A stretch of DNA of 59,672 nt from Proteromonas lacertae. Lineage: Eukaryota. Shown in pieces: positions 11,801-26,800 of the stretch. Below the pieces are notes generated by a model that was not told the origin of the DNA, made no database searches, and saw nothing but the letters and a program-made list of their open reading frames with translations. The position numbers and the translations under genes were made by a program. Positions within the stretch are counted from its first letter, which is position 1. Each line of letters starts with the position of its first letter. The DNA lies in contig NGBS01000307.1 in NCBI GenBank assembly GCA_002245135.1, forward strand, positions 62,001 through 121,672. The letters are read 5' to 3'.

Positions 11801-14800
11801 ACTGTAACTTGTGATGAACAAGAAACAGACAATATTGGTGTATTTTTAGTGAATGGAACACATGATAAACATGATGAAAAGAATACATTTGTATATAATT
11901 ATGGATATAAAACTCAATTATTAAATAATACAATGTTGATTGTACTTCAATCAAAAGATCAATTTGGTAATAATATAAATGATAGTCATATTAATTATAA
12001 AGTTGTTTATTATCATACAGAATCATTAACTACACCTGTCAATTCAGTTATTAAACCATTAGGAAATGGAAGATACTCAAGTGAAGCTATTTTATATAAA
12101 GAAGGTGTTTATAATATAATAATAGAAGATAATGGAGTGTTTGTAGGAGGTGATAATATAATAATGAAATATGATGTTGAAGTAAAGAATAATGGAAGTT
12201 ATTATTTAACAATTGGTGGTGAAAATACAAAGAATATGAATGAGAAATCAATTGAAATTGATATAAAAGATGCATTTTCCATACTAACTAACATACCACC
12301 TTATGAAATAATATTCAAATCATCTAGTCAATATACAATTCAATTCACAGTTCCAGGTAATTACACTATAACAAGTAGTAATCCAACAGATGTAGTATTA
12401 ATACCAAGTGATATAGGTAAATCACATTATCAAGTGATAGTAAACCAACCAGATTATGAAGTTCAAGATATAATTGCTGAATATTCAGAAATAGATACAA
12501 ATCCAATATATGGAACAGTTCAGAATGTCAATGTGAAGTTATATGATCAATATCATAATGATTTTATACATTCAGAAAGTAAGGATATAAAAATAGTTGA
12601 GATTGAAAAACCTGATATGAAAGATTGTAGATTTAGATTATCATATAATGATGAATTAATGATACATCCAATACCATGTAGTGTTGATGCATTTACATTT
12701 GAAAAAGAATTAGAAAACATTGTTGGTGTTGGATTAGTATCTGTTGATAAAGTAAACGATAATAAGTTTAAGATAGAATTTAATAATCAATTTGATTTAA
12801 ACAGTAATTTATCCGTTTATAGCAATGATACAGTTATTACAACAACTAATTGCATTTTATACAGACAGCAATTGTTAAGAATAAAGAATGATGCTTCTAT
12901 TAGTTCAAGATATCATTTCACATTAGTATTTAATGGTCAAAGTACAAAAATGTTGAATATTACAGCTAATGAGACTGAAATAGAAAATGAGTTGTTAGAA
13001 ATAGAAGATATAAAGAATGTAACAGTTGAAAAGAAAACTGATGGTAGTGTAGATGGTAATAATTTTTATGAATATATTATAACATTGAATGAAACATATT
13101 CTGAGCTATCTCTGTTACAGATCAATTGGGATGATATTACTACTAATATGAATGAATTTATTACAATAGAGAATTATTGTCCAGAGATTAATTATCCAGT
13201 AATAAAACCATATCAATTCAGATTAACTACAATTAGTGGAAATGAGGATGAAATAGAATATTTATTCAATACAACATTAGAACCTGATTATTCATTTACA
13301 TTTGAAACACCAACAGTTGGTACATATTATTTAAGATTGGAAGTATTGGATAGATTTGGTTTGAATGGTATTACATATTTCAATAAAGATAATACAGAAA
13401 CAATGATAACTCCAGTAATTGATTTTGATAATTATGATAGTAGTATGAAACCTATTTTAATAAGTTGGACTGGTTTTGTTCAACCATTATATGATGATAT
13501 TTATACATTCTACTGTCAATCTGGACAAGGATGTAGAATTACTGTAAATCATGAAACTTTAGTTAATGAATTATACACTGAATGTAAAAGAGAAGAAAAA
13601 GAATGTGAATATAATGGAACAATGTCAAAATCATTCAAATCATTAAATACATATCCAATTACAGTTGAATATTATTTATCCAACTCAAGAACAAAGCCAT
13701 CTATTCATTTATTATGGTCATCTGATTTAGAATCAAAGACAGTTGTCCCATCACAACGATTATTACACAATAATCGGATTATACATGAGGATGTAGTAAT
13801 AGAAGCACATGGAAAACAATGTGATTCAATTGAATCACTGAATGTTACATATTTAGCTTCAGAAACTGCTACTTTAAATTGGACATTACCATTAGATAAT
13901 GGTGGTTATGATATTGAATATAATAGATTAGATATTATTGATATTGATGAAGATGAAAGTATTCAAACATTTTATTTACAGCCAGAAGAGAATTCAATTG
14001 TTATTAAGAATTTAGTGAATGGTAAAAGATATAATGCAACAATATACTGTCATACATTATTTGGTGATTGCAACAAGACTTTAATTGATGAAGAATTTGT
14101 ACCATTTGATATACCCACAAAGCCAACAATTGTAGAATATATAGCAACAAATGAAACAATAAATATCACATTCATTAATCCATTTAGTAATAATGGAAGA
14201 GAAGTAACTGTTTATCATATTCTATTAACAGATAATGAAACATATAGTTTTGAATTGAATTATACAGAAAAAGGAGTTGAATATGATGATAATTATGATG
14301 CTTACTCACAATTATTTGAAAATTTAACAGATGGAACTTGGTATTATGTTTACATAACAGCTGAGAATGAAGCAGGTTCAAGTGAAGCAGAATTCAAAGC
14401 AATTCAAACTCAGATAATCATTCCATTTACACCAATGTATTCAATATCATATGCTGTTACTAATCCTGGTTGTATTACAATTGATTATGAGTGTACAGAT
14501 ATGATAGATCCATCTTTAGAATATCAAATAGAATATAGTTATGATTCTAATTATCAAGATGCAGTTTATTTGTATAGAAATAATAGTGATTGTGATAATA
14601 TGAATTGCACATTTGAATTATGCGATTTACCAAGTAATAGATTGTATTATATTCGTATTATTCCATTTGATGAAGAAAATTATACCCAATATCAACGTGC
14701 TACACCTGATTCAATATTTTTGTATGATATTCCAACATCTCCATCTGTTATATCAATTGAAACTGCTGGTAAGAATGAAATACAAATAGATTATAAAACA

Positions 14801-17800
14801 GATAATGATGGAGGTAAAAAACCAACTACTATTGAATTAGATTATGGTATAATAAATGACAGATTCTTAGTTTATGAAATAACAGTTAAAGCTGATGAAA
14901 GTGCTTATCACACACCATATTATTATCAATTATCATTGAATAATATTACTCAAACTAGAAAAATATCAAGTCAAGCCGATACAAATGAAATAAAAGAGAA
15001 ATTAGAAGAAATTGATATTGTTGGTAGTGTTTATGTTGATAGAATAATGAAATATAAATCAAGTCCATTTTATATATATGAAATTACATTTGTAACACAA
15101 CCAAATATCAATGTCACTGTTGTAGAAAGTCCAAATGATGATTTAATAATAGTACAACAGATTTCTCAACCATTAATTGAACCGTATGTATTTACATTGA
15201 GTTTTACACCATTAGTAATTGATAATGAAATTAGTGGATATTGCGAATTAATAATATTCAATGAGACAATGACATTCTCACCACTAATTGATAATGAAAC
15301 ATTTTATCAACAGTTTATAACAACTTATCCAGATGTTATACACCCAACAAATGTTTATAGAACAGAATTAGATAATAGTAGTGTTATACAATACAATATA
15401 TCTTATTATATAAAACCATATCCACTACTAACAATTATATTCAATACAGGTTCATTAGTTAATATGAAATTGGATGTATCAATTAACAATGAAATAAGAA
15501 ACGAAACACATTTACTGTATGAGAATTTGACTAATAATGATGAAATAAGAGTCAATGATTTATTACCAAATCGAATATACTTATTCACATTACGTCAAAC
15601 TAACGATAATGAAAATGATAATTTCTATTCACAATTATCAACTTTTATATATTATTTCACACCAGAAATAACAATATTTTATCCAATCAAATTAGGCTTT
15701 GAAATTATAAACAAAGAACAAGTAAAAGTATCTTGGAATAATGTAGTTGATACTAGAGCTATAAAATCATATTATATAGAATATACAACAAATTCATCAT
15801 TGTTTAATTTAATACCAAATAAGCCATTACATTTACCTGATTATTCTGAAGTTATTGAAAGAAAACCAACAATTCAGAGATTGAAATTCACAAGTCAAAA
15901 TTATGTGATAGATGGTAGTTTTAGATTGTTTTATGTAAATGAATATACAGATATATTATCAATTTCTAATTTAACAAGTGAAGAGTTGACAAACCAATTA
16001 AATAAATTACCATTACATGTAATATCAGTTTCAGAAAAACAAATAATCACATCAGATGATTCATTCTATTATAGTTATGGTGAATATTATGATATTACTT
16101 TTATAAGTAATTATAATGATAAATTACCTTCTATTTTAATTGAAACTTATAATGATAATAGTAATAATAACATATTAACATCATATATACAAAGTGGTAC
16201 AAATATGAAAGACGATTCCATAATATTATCAATTGAAACAATACGAAGTGGATCTTTGCCAAATAGTGTAATATTAAATGGATTGAAAGAAGATGTTATT
16301 TATTATATTAGAGTATTTACATATTCATTTAACAACAAATATTCAAATATACCAATTATTACTGATGAAATAATGATTGAAAGTGAGAGATTCTTATATC
16401 CACCAAGTATAGAAAGTGTTTATGTTATACCATATTCATATGATAATATTCTTATACAATGGTCTATTCCAACATATATTAATTTTGGTGAGTATATAAT
16501 AGAATATTGCCAATCAATATACTTCAATATCGAACCAATTTATGCAATAAGAATACCAGTTGGAAATGATGAAAGAATAATGATAGAAGAAAATAAATAC
16601 AATAAATATATATTAGAATTGCCAGATGATGAAAATCGATATTATGTAAGAATATCAACCAGTAATGAATATGGAAGAAGTAATGGAACTATAGGAGTAT
16701 TGCATCCTGATTATAGATACAACATATTCCCTAATTTAGAAAGTGGAGATGAAATATTTAATGATACTAATATATTATTAGAGAATAATGTAACAGAAAC
16801 TGTTGAAATGTTATATACAAATTATAATATTTATAATTTAATATTAATTGAAAAGAATGAAAAAACTTCAATATATATAAAGCCATTACCAGAAGATCAT
16901 CCATATTATTATTTATCCCCATCAATTGATATTTATAACACAAATCCAAAGAAAATACCACCACCAAAGATTGATTCTGTTGCTATATATTTCATTGAAA
17001 GTACTTCATTAGGATTTAAGATTCAATTAGATTTTAATAATGTTGATGATTATATTATTGAATATTCTACTAGCTATGGATTTGAAAGTTATAAAAATTA
17101 TAGTTGTGGTGAAATTAAACAATGTAAAATGACAGGATTAAATGCAGATGAATCTATATACATCAGAATATATATTTCTAATGAAAATGGAATTAGTCAA
17201 CCATATTATTGTATAAACAATAACAATAATATAACAGAAAATCATTTTTATAACACAATAATACCTCAGAATACAGTTCCACCTATTCATGTATTTACAT
17301 TCACAGTTGAAGAAGATATACTTACATTATATGTAAAGAATAAAGTGATTGATAATAATGGATTTAATACAGATAATGGAGGAAAAGATATAGATTTATA
17401 TGAAATATTATTCTGTATTGATAAAGAGTGTAATAATATTGAGACTTCTATAAATGTAACAGATGTAGAAAATGATTGTAAAGATGGTTGTGAATTTGAA
17501 ATATTGAATGTGACAAGTATAGTAAAAGAAGGAGAATATTACTATATTGGAGTAAAACCACACAATTCTGTTGGTTATGGAGGATTAGTTATTTCACCAA
17601 AATACACTATATTTGCTAATTCTGAAAGTTATATTAAAGATTTCACTGTTTCTTCTGTTGTTGATGATGATACATCTTTACTATTACATTGGAATTTACC
17701 CCAATTACCATTAACTAGTGAAATAATTGAATTTATCATATCCTATAATGATTCAAGTCCAGATGATGAAATAACATTAAAAGCAAATGAATTGAATAAA

Positions 17801-20800
17801 TATGAATATGAAATTAATGATTTAGAACCTGGTGAAGAGTATAAGATTAAAATGAGAATAATAACCACAGTAAATAACACAATAATAACCAATGAACCAG
17901 CTGTAGCTGTTTGTCCAAAAGAATCGATGAATTGCATTCCAAAAGCTGTTCCAAGAAAATTACCTCAGTTTAAATTAGGTAAAGAATTAAAGAGATGTGG
18001 ATTTAACAATTCTTATTATACTGAACATGAATGTACATTAGAATGGAACAATGATGATATTGATGATGGATCTAGTGAGTTAAAGTCATTCAAAATAGAA
18101 ATATGTAAAGATAGAAAGTTTATTTTATTATTAAATCAGACTGAAATGATGTATAAGAAGGTTGAGAATAATCAAAATGTTGAAGGTGATAATATGGAAA
18201 TGGGTGGTGAAAGAGACAGATACAATTTGTATTATAATGGTATTGAAAATGAGCCATACAAATATATATATGAGAATAATTTTACAGACTTAAGAGATTT
18301 TTATATAAGATTTACAATACAAAATGAGTTAGGCATTTATCAAGTTGTATATCCAGTTCATTTACAGTTTTTACCACCAACACCAGTAGGTAATATTACA
18401 AATATAGAAAATCCAATATTGGTATTACGCTCACAGAAGAATGTTAAATCCTATTTAATAGAACATTATGATGATGTTTACAGTGTAAATCGTGAATCAG
18501 ATTCTCCAATTACATTGATTGAAATGTCTAATGGATGTGAATATAGATTTATATATGGAAATTTCACATCTCCAACAGTTGGAAGTGATAGAAATTATAT
18601 TACATTCTTATTAGAAAGATTGCCAGGTATTGGTAAAGTGAAAATAATAGGTGATCAAAATGAGAATTATTATATACAATATCTTACCTTAAAAGAAATT
18701 CCTGATATTGAATGGATAGATAATAATTGTAGTTATTTCATTGTAAATAGTACTGATGCTGAATTACCAAAGAATAAAGTTGAAGATATAATAATATATC
18801 CAAGTAATATAAGTTCCATTACATTATTCCCATTGTATCATACCTCTAATTTTTCAACAAATTGGTTATACATTTATGGAATGAATGAATATGGTAAAGG
18901 TGAACCATTAGAATTGAATTACACAATTGTTCCATTATCTTCATTACCATTACCTCCAAAATCATATTACTCAGATTATGTTAATCCATCATTGGTAATA
19001 TTATCAGAATCATCTGTTTATATATATTACTCATATAATATATCTGTAGTAGAATCAATTGATATTGAAATATCAACAAGTCCAAGTTTTGATGAAGAAC
19101 TGACTGATAATTATACATCTTATACTAATTATATTATTATAGATGATTTACAACCAATGGTTAGATATTATACAAGAATGAGAAGTTGTAATAGATATGA
19201 TTGTAGTGCTTTTGTTTCAACTGTTCCTTCATCGTTTTTATTAATATATACACCAGATAAATCAAAAATTAAGAATATAGAAACAAAGAATTATGATTTG
19301 AATTTATATAATATAAAGTGGACTAAACCAAAACAGAAATTAGTGACTAGTGAAGAAATATACAGAGTTCATTATTATATATCCAGTAATAATATGGAAT
19401 ATAAAAATCCCACAATTAATATTACATTTGATGGAGATGAAAGTGATGATTCTACCACTTATAGAATTCAAACAAAAGAATTTTTACAGGAATTGAAAGG
19501 TGATGTATCAGTTATTAATTCAAATACATTATTAGTGAAAGATGATTGGATGAAATATAATATTAGAGAAGAAGATGAAATTATTTGTAATAACTATAGA
19601 TATATGATAACTTCAATATCATTAACATCAGAAATTCATACAGAAATAAAGGTAAAAGATGGTATAAATAATAAAGAAACAATAAAATCTTGTTTTGTAA
19701 GATATAGTACAAATGATATATCAGCACTTTTAGGAAATTCAACAGAAGTTTATTCCATTATACAATACTTTATTCCATTATACAAATATATGAATTCATT
19801 TAACTTTGAAGATTTCTTAATATGTAATGAATGTGAAATTGAAGTAATAAATACAAATGGTGTATTAGCTGATTTACATGAAATTATTGTTGATAATAGA
19901 GTATTGAGTTTAGATTTATTCGATTTAATACCAAACGAAGAATATACATTTTACGTTTATTCATGGCTATCTCCAATATCTTATTCACAATCTTTACCAT
20001 ACAAATTATCCACATTTGTTCCACCAGAATTACCTGAAAGCGTTGAAGTTAAATATTATGGCAAGAAATACTATGAAATGTTTATTATTGATCATTATTA
20101 TCCAAAACAACAGAATTATTATATGATTGAATATTCATCAGATAATACATTTTCACAAAAGAGATTAATTAATTCATTTAAATATAATCCAATTTATAAT
20201 AGACAAGTATATAGACCAAGTCAAATATTAGAAGATAAAGTTAGTTTCGCTTATTACGATAATGAATTATACTTCGATCAAGTATGTGAATCATGTGTAG
20301 TGATTAATTCAGATTCTGATTCAACATTCCACTTGGATTTTCAATCAGAGAAAAGTATTGAATTCTTCGCTGGTGAAATAATAAAGATTAATAATAATAT
20401 ATATACAATATGTAATAATTGGAAGAGTGAAGAAGTAATTCATAAGAATGAAGCAATTCCAGTGTGTAATAAAGATAATGCAGATGAAGAAGATATAATA
20501 AGTGAAGAAAATAATTCAGGTTCACTTTATATTCCAGTTAATTTAAATGGATTTGTAACAATAGAAAATGATAATTCATCATTAGTAGAAATACAAAATT
20601 ATAAATATGAGCCAAAAGTGGGTGATTTGTTCTTTATTATCGTTGAAGGTAAAAAGTATAATTATTCAGTTAAAAATTTTGAAAAAGATGTAATAACAGT
20701 TGGTTTATATGAAAATTATAATTTAACAGTTTCATTATCAAATTTACAAAAATCAATTACTTATCCAATTTATTATCAAATTAGATCAGAAACAATTAAT

Positions 20801-23800
20801 AAAGATTCATCAGATATTGAAAAGACATTGAGAAATATTCCACCATTGGAGCATAGTATAGTAACTGAAAGATCCAGTAATAATTATCACATTGAATATC
20901 TTATAAAAGTATCACCATTAGATATAGAAACACATCCAATATTAGTAAATGGATATAATTTCTTACAAATGGAATATGTCATTCCCTTCAAAGATGTTAA
21001 AACAAATACATTTTTCAGAGTAAAATCTTGTACAGAAGTTGGTTGTTCAAGTTATTCAAAAACTATACAAACTTCATCATTAAAGAGAATTGTAAATCCT
21101 CCAACTAAAGGATCAATAACTCCATTATCACAGTCACATTTGCTCATTCAATGGAATGATCCAGAACCAAGTGAATCAATTGATCATTATAGAGTTTTAT
21201 GTGATGAGTATGATTCTGAGACTGTAACTAAATCAGAGAAACATCCATTAATATTTGAAGTAATTATTAAACCATCCAATGAGGATGAAGATAATAATAA
21301 TAATGTTGTGAATGGAACATTCGTAATAAATATTGGTAATGAAAAAACTCCACCATTAGATTGTGATTCAACTTCAAGTTATATGTTAAAGAAAGAATTA
21401 GAATCATTATCATCAGTAGATAAAGTGATTGTAGAAAAATATCATAATATAAACTATATATTTGTTATTTCAGTGTTAGAATCGAAATTGTTTGGTGAAT
21501 TATATTCATTTGTTAATGTTACATCTCCAAATGAAGCAGTGATAAATATTATTCAGAAAGACTATTATCCAAATACTTTTATTTTACCAATTAAAAGAAG
21601 TAAAGATCAATATACATGCAAAATATCTTCAGTTTCAGGTGATATTCCAAGTGTATTTTTCACACTCCAATCTAACAATGAAGAATCAGAGAATAGATTA
21701 TTAGAAGAATATTCAGTTCCAGTTCCACCACCTAAAGAAGTAATTATTACTTCACAAATTGAAGGTTTTAAAATTGAAATAATCAAATCAGATTATGTGA
21801 ATTATAATGAATATGAAACTAAAGGTTATATAATGCATTATGATATTGAAAGAACATTTGATTCAATATATACAAACAATAGTAATAATCCAATTGGAGA
21901 AATAGAAGTGAATGGTAATGTAGAACCAATAATTACGAGCAATAGATAATGTTTTACCAAATAATAAACACTATTTCAAAATAATATCGTTTTCAGATTT
22001 TGGAATTAGTGATCCATTTTATTATGGACCAATATCTCCAAATCCAAAACCCAAACTACCCGATTCAGTAACAATATCATTATATAATACAACTTCAGTT
22101 ACTACACATTTCTTAGATGAAAAGAGAGCAGATTATATTACTAATTATATGATTTACTATAATCCATTATTGCCAAATACGACAATTCAAAGATTACATT
22201 TATTTAAAACAGGTAGATATTATCAAATAGGTAATAGTCACAAATGGTCAATGTGTATTTTAGCTGAATTGAATAATGTTGAATCAATTCGTTTTGCATT
22301 GAAATTAATATCCTTAAATTTAGTGGATATTACAAATGAAGAATATGGTTATAATATTGAATTTATTCCATCATCAACAATTTCAGAGTTACAATTACGA
22401 TTTGAATGTAATAACCCAATGAATAAAGAGAATATAGTTATTGATAAGATTAAAGATGGAAATATAGAAATCAAACCACCACAAATTCATTTTATTATTT
22501 ATAAGCCTGATAGAAGACAAAGAGAAATGAATGCTGAAAATCCAGCTCAATATAAGATAGGAATTAAACCATTAGAGAAATACATTAAAAGTAATGGAAC
22601 TTGTAATGGAAATATAGGTGAAAATGTAATAGAAATTAGTGAAGATAGTGATTTAGAATTATATGAGAATGAAATAATTATGATAAAAGATAGAAAGTAT
22701 AAGGTTATAAAAGCTGAAAATGAAATAAGGTATGTTATTAGTCCATCATTACCTGAGAAGATAGAAAATGAAATAATTTATAGACATAATAATATAGCAG
22801 GTATTATACTAAGTAGTAAAAATACTACTGAAGAACAACAAAGATCATTATCATCATGTAAAATAGAGTTTGATTATTCACATATGATATTTGTAGATGA
22901 AATAGACTTACTATATGATTCTAATGGAAAGATATACACAATGAATGATGGTAGTATTGATTGCAGTGTAAAGACAGGTACAGTATTGTACAAAATGGAT
23001 ACTACAAAATTATTTACAGCAGATGAAGATATTGTAGATATTTTATCAAATCTACCAGGTTTAGGAACATTTGAATTAGAAGTAATTGATAGACCATCAA
23101 CGAAAGAATATTACTTAACCTTAACATCACGTTATTCAATTGATATAAACTATGAAAACGGCGATTTTGCTATTATCTCAACATCGGGAAATACACCACC
23201 ATCCATTATATTAGATCATACAAACACTGTAGAAATAAATAGAATTCCATTTAATAATTATGTGAATATAACTCAAGAATATGCAACGATAACTATAATA
23301 TCTAAAATAATGAAATCATCATCAAGTGAATATTATGGAAGTATTAGTATAGTTATTAATGGAAATGAGGTACTAATTCCAGTTGGTTTAAGTGATAATG
23401 AATTATCTGTTAATTTATTAGAACAATTAGGAGTTAATTGTATCACATCTACATCACTTATCAATACAAATCAATATTATGGAATGATATATATAATTCA
23501 TCCAAAAGTTCTCCAATTTGATGTAGTTGAAGAAAGTTTATTATGTTTAGAACCATTAATATGTGAGATTGAAATAGAAAAAGCAAAACCATACAATAAA
23601 AATCCATTAGTTACGCATTTAGAACAAGATACAATGTATTTATTCTCATTAACAGTCAATACATTAAATGATCAAAGTGATATTAGTTTAATTGAACAAG
23701 ATAAAGAGTTATATATTCAACCATTATTCATAACAACTCCACCTCAGTTAAAACCAGTAGAAATGGATGTTAAAACATTTGGAGATACATTATATGTAAG

Positions 23801-26800
23801 TTATAAGAAAAATGGTAATAAGAATATTATAAAGTATCATTTAATAGTTGAAGAAGTTGATGGAAAATCACATTTTAATCATTTACTATATAATCTATCA
23901 AGAGTTGATGAGAATGAAGGAAATTATTATTCATTAGAATTTAATAATTACAAATCATTACCATTATCCATATCAACTCCAATAGAAGAATTTTATTCAA
24001 TAATGAATTTAATACCAAATTTAGCAGTAGTAAATATAACAATAACAGCAAATAAAGATGAAATATCTTACGATATTGAATATTATACACCATTAACCGA
24101 TTCTAAATTAGTATATCCAACACAGAATGAAGAAGAAGAAAAGTTAAGAGTTTTATTAGAAGAATCAAATGATTTAGTATATGAAATACCATCAACTGGT
24201 TCTGATTCAATAGAAAAGAATGGCGAAAAAGATATAATGGTATTTGCATTACCTATTTCTACAGATGATTTTACTATTTGTTATGAAGGAAAGTGTATTG
24301 GATTAGAAACAGATATATCAGTTGAAGAAATACAACAGATTCTATTAAAGGAATATAATTTAACTATGGCTGTTAGAATTGAGAAAGAATTAGAATCACC
24401 ATATTATTATTATGTTTTATACTTTACAGATTATAGAATTCATTCATTATTTATAGTTCCATATCCAAATAATGTATTTGTATATCGTCCAATTATATTC
24501 TCTGCTTATTCTGATGTAAGTGATATAAATGAAGGAACTTTTACATTACATTATGATGATGATTTGTACGAATCTTCAACTTATGATTTTTCTGATATAA
24601 AAAGTGAAAATATAGAGAATGATATAAAACTCAATTTAACAATGAATAATGAAATAGAGAATTTGACATTAGATGAAGTAAAAGTGATTGTTACATCCAA
24701 ATCAATGGAATTAATTACTGACTGTGATGTAAGAGTAAATTATGATGATAGAATGAATATCTATTTAGAAACATCATGTGAATCATGGAATTTAGAAATA
24801 GGTACAAATCTAAATATAAATGGAAAGATATACGCTATTATAGATATTATACATCCACAAATAATAAAAATTCAATTGAAGGGAAGAAGAGAAGTAAACA
24901 TGTTGAATAATAGAATACAAAATCCAGTTGAAGTTTTTCATATGCATCATTATGGAAATGATATTATGTTATTATTTTCAATTCCAAATAATCTTCGATA
25001 TGAGTTATTTACAATGGATACTGAGTTTTTACAAGCCAAACAATATTTACATACAAATTATCCAATACCACATTCAAGCCATACATTTAGATTAAACAAT
25101 TTAGATAAAAAGAAATCTTATGATATTTATATAACAGGTCAACATAAGAATGGATATTTCACACCTATATATAAATTATCAGATGTTCATTTTATCAATA
25201 CAATTTTACCACCATCATCAGTAAATGGATATATTTCAAGAGATAATGTTTATGTCAATTATGAATATCCATTGAATTCATTTACTCATATTGATGAGTA
25301 TCGTATTGAAGTTGATTATTCACCAAATTTCATTCATCCCACTGAATATCAATCAATAATATATCATCCAATTATGGAAATAAAGACAGATATTTTACCA
25401 AACTCAAATGTTACATTTACATTGATATATAATGGATTAATAAGTGAAGAATTTGATTTGAATGATATGAATAGTACAATTGAATTAATGAAAGGAGAAG
25501 CAGCTGAGTTACTTCATAATGTAAAGAAAGAGAATATTGATATTAATGTAGGTATAGAAGATGATTTTTATACTGTTTTTACACTTACATTTAATGATAT
25601 TTGCGATGATATATCAGAATTCCAAATACATGTAAAGAATACATTATATTATGCAGAATCAAGAATGGTACAAAGAGGAATGTGTGATACTGTCCCAACT
25701 AAATATTACACTTCAATACAAACATTAGCTATTCCAACTAAAACATCAACAATCCAATTTTCTTATTTAGGAACACCATTAGATGTATTGAAACATATTA
25801 GTATTGAATCAATAACAAATTTCTTGATGAAAAATATACCAAAATTAGTTTCAGTAGATGTTACATATAAGATGAAACAAAGTACTCATTATTATTATAT
25901 TGAATTTGTTTCTTACATACCTGTTCCAGTATTATACACAGTGGAGTCTACTGATAGTAAAGCAAAGATATATCCATATTCAAAACAATCAGATCTTTCT
26001 TCATTCAAAGTGCCATTGCCATTATCATCAGAAACTCAATTACTATACTATGTAAGAGTGTGTTCAGTTTATAAAGGTGAATCTTATTGTAGTATTCCAG
26101 TAGCATTGTACAATAAAGTCAAACCAGAATTACCGCCAAGTATTTATCTAACTGTAGAAAGTGGTTCATCAGTTCAAATTCAAATGACTCCACCAATAAT
26201 GAATATTGGTTATATTAATCAATATAAGATTGGATATTTTGATTCATCAAAAGAAGTAATTCCTGAAATTCAAACACTAAAGATATCTTATACAAGTAGT
26301 CTATATAATAATGGTGAAGATAAGCCAATTCAGTTGTTATCATTGTATAGTAATTCTGAATCTTATGATGAAATTACATTTACACTAGTTTTTAAAGAAT
26401 ACACAACAATTCCAATTCATTTTTCTGAGAATTCAGGAAATTTAACAGTTGCAATAAGTGAAGCAATTACTGTATTACCCAATTTAGGTTCATTAAAAGT
26501 AGAATGTGTAGATTCAAATAGTGTAGAATATGTTTATTCAGTAGCTGATTCAGGAACATCTACAGATGGTGAAGAAGAAGAAGAAGAATCATTTTATTTA
26601 CATATGGAATGTACAATAGCTTACCCATCATTCTTAACATATAATCCAATAGTGAATGTCATATTATCATCAACAGAGAATAATACAAATGCAGTTTTGC
26701 ATATGTTAAATGCTGGTTATAATGATGTTGTTGGCAGTATGAAGTTATGTTCAAACAAAGAATGTACAAACCCATTTACACCAGAAATATCTGCATCTGA

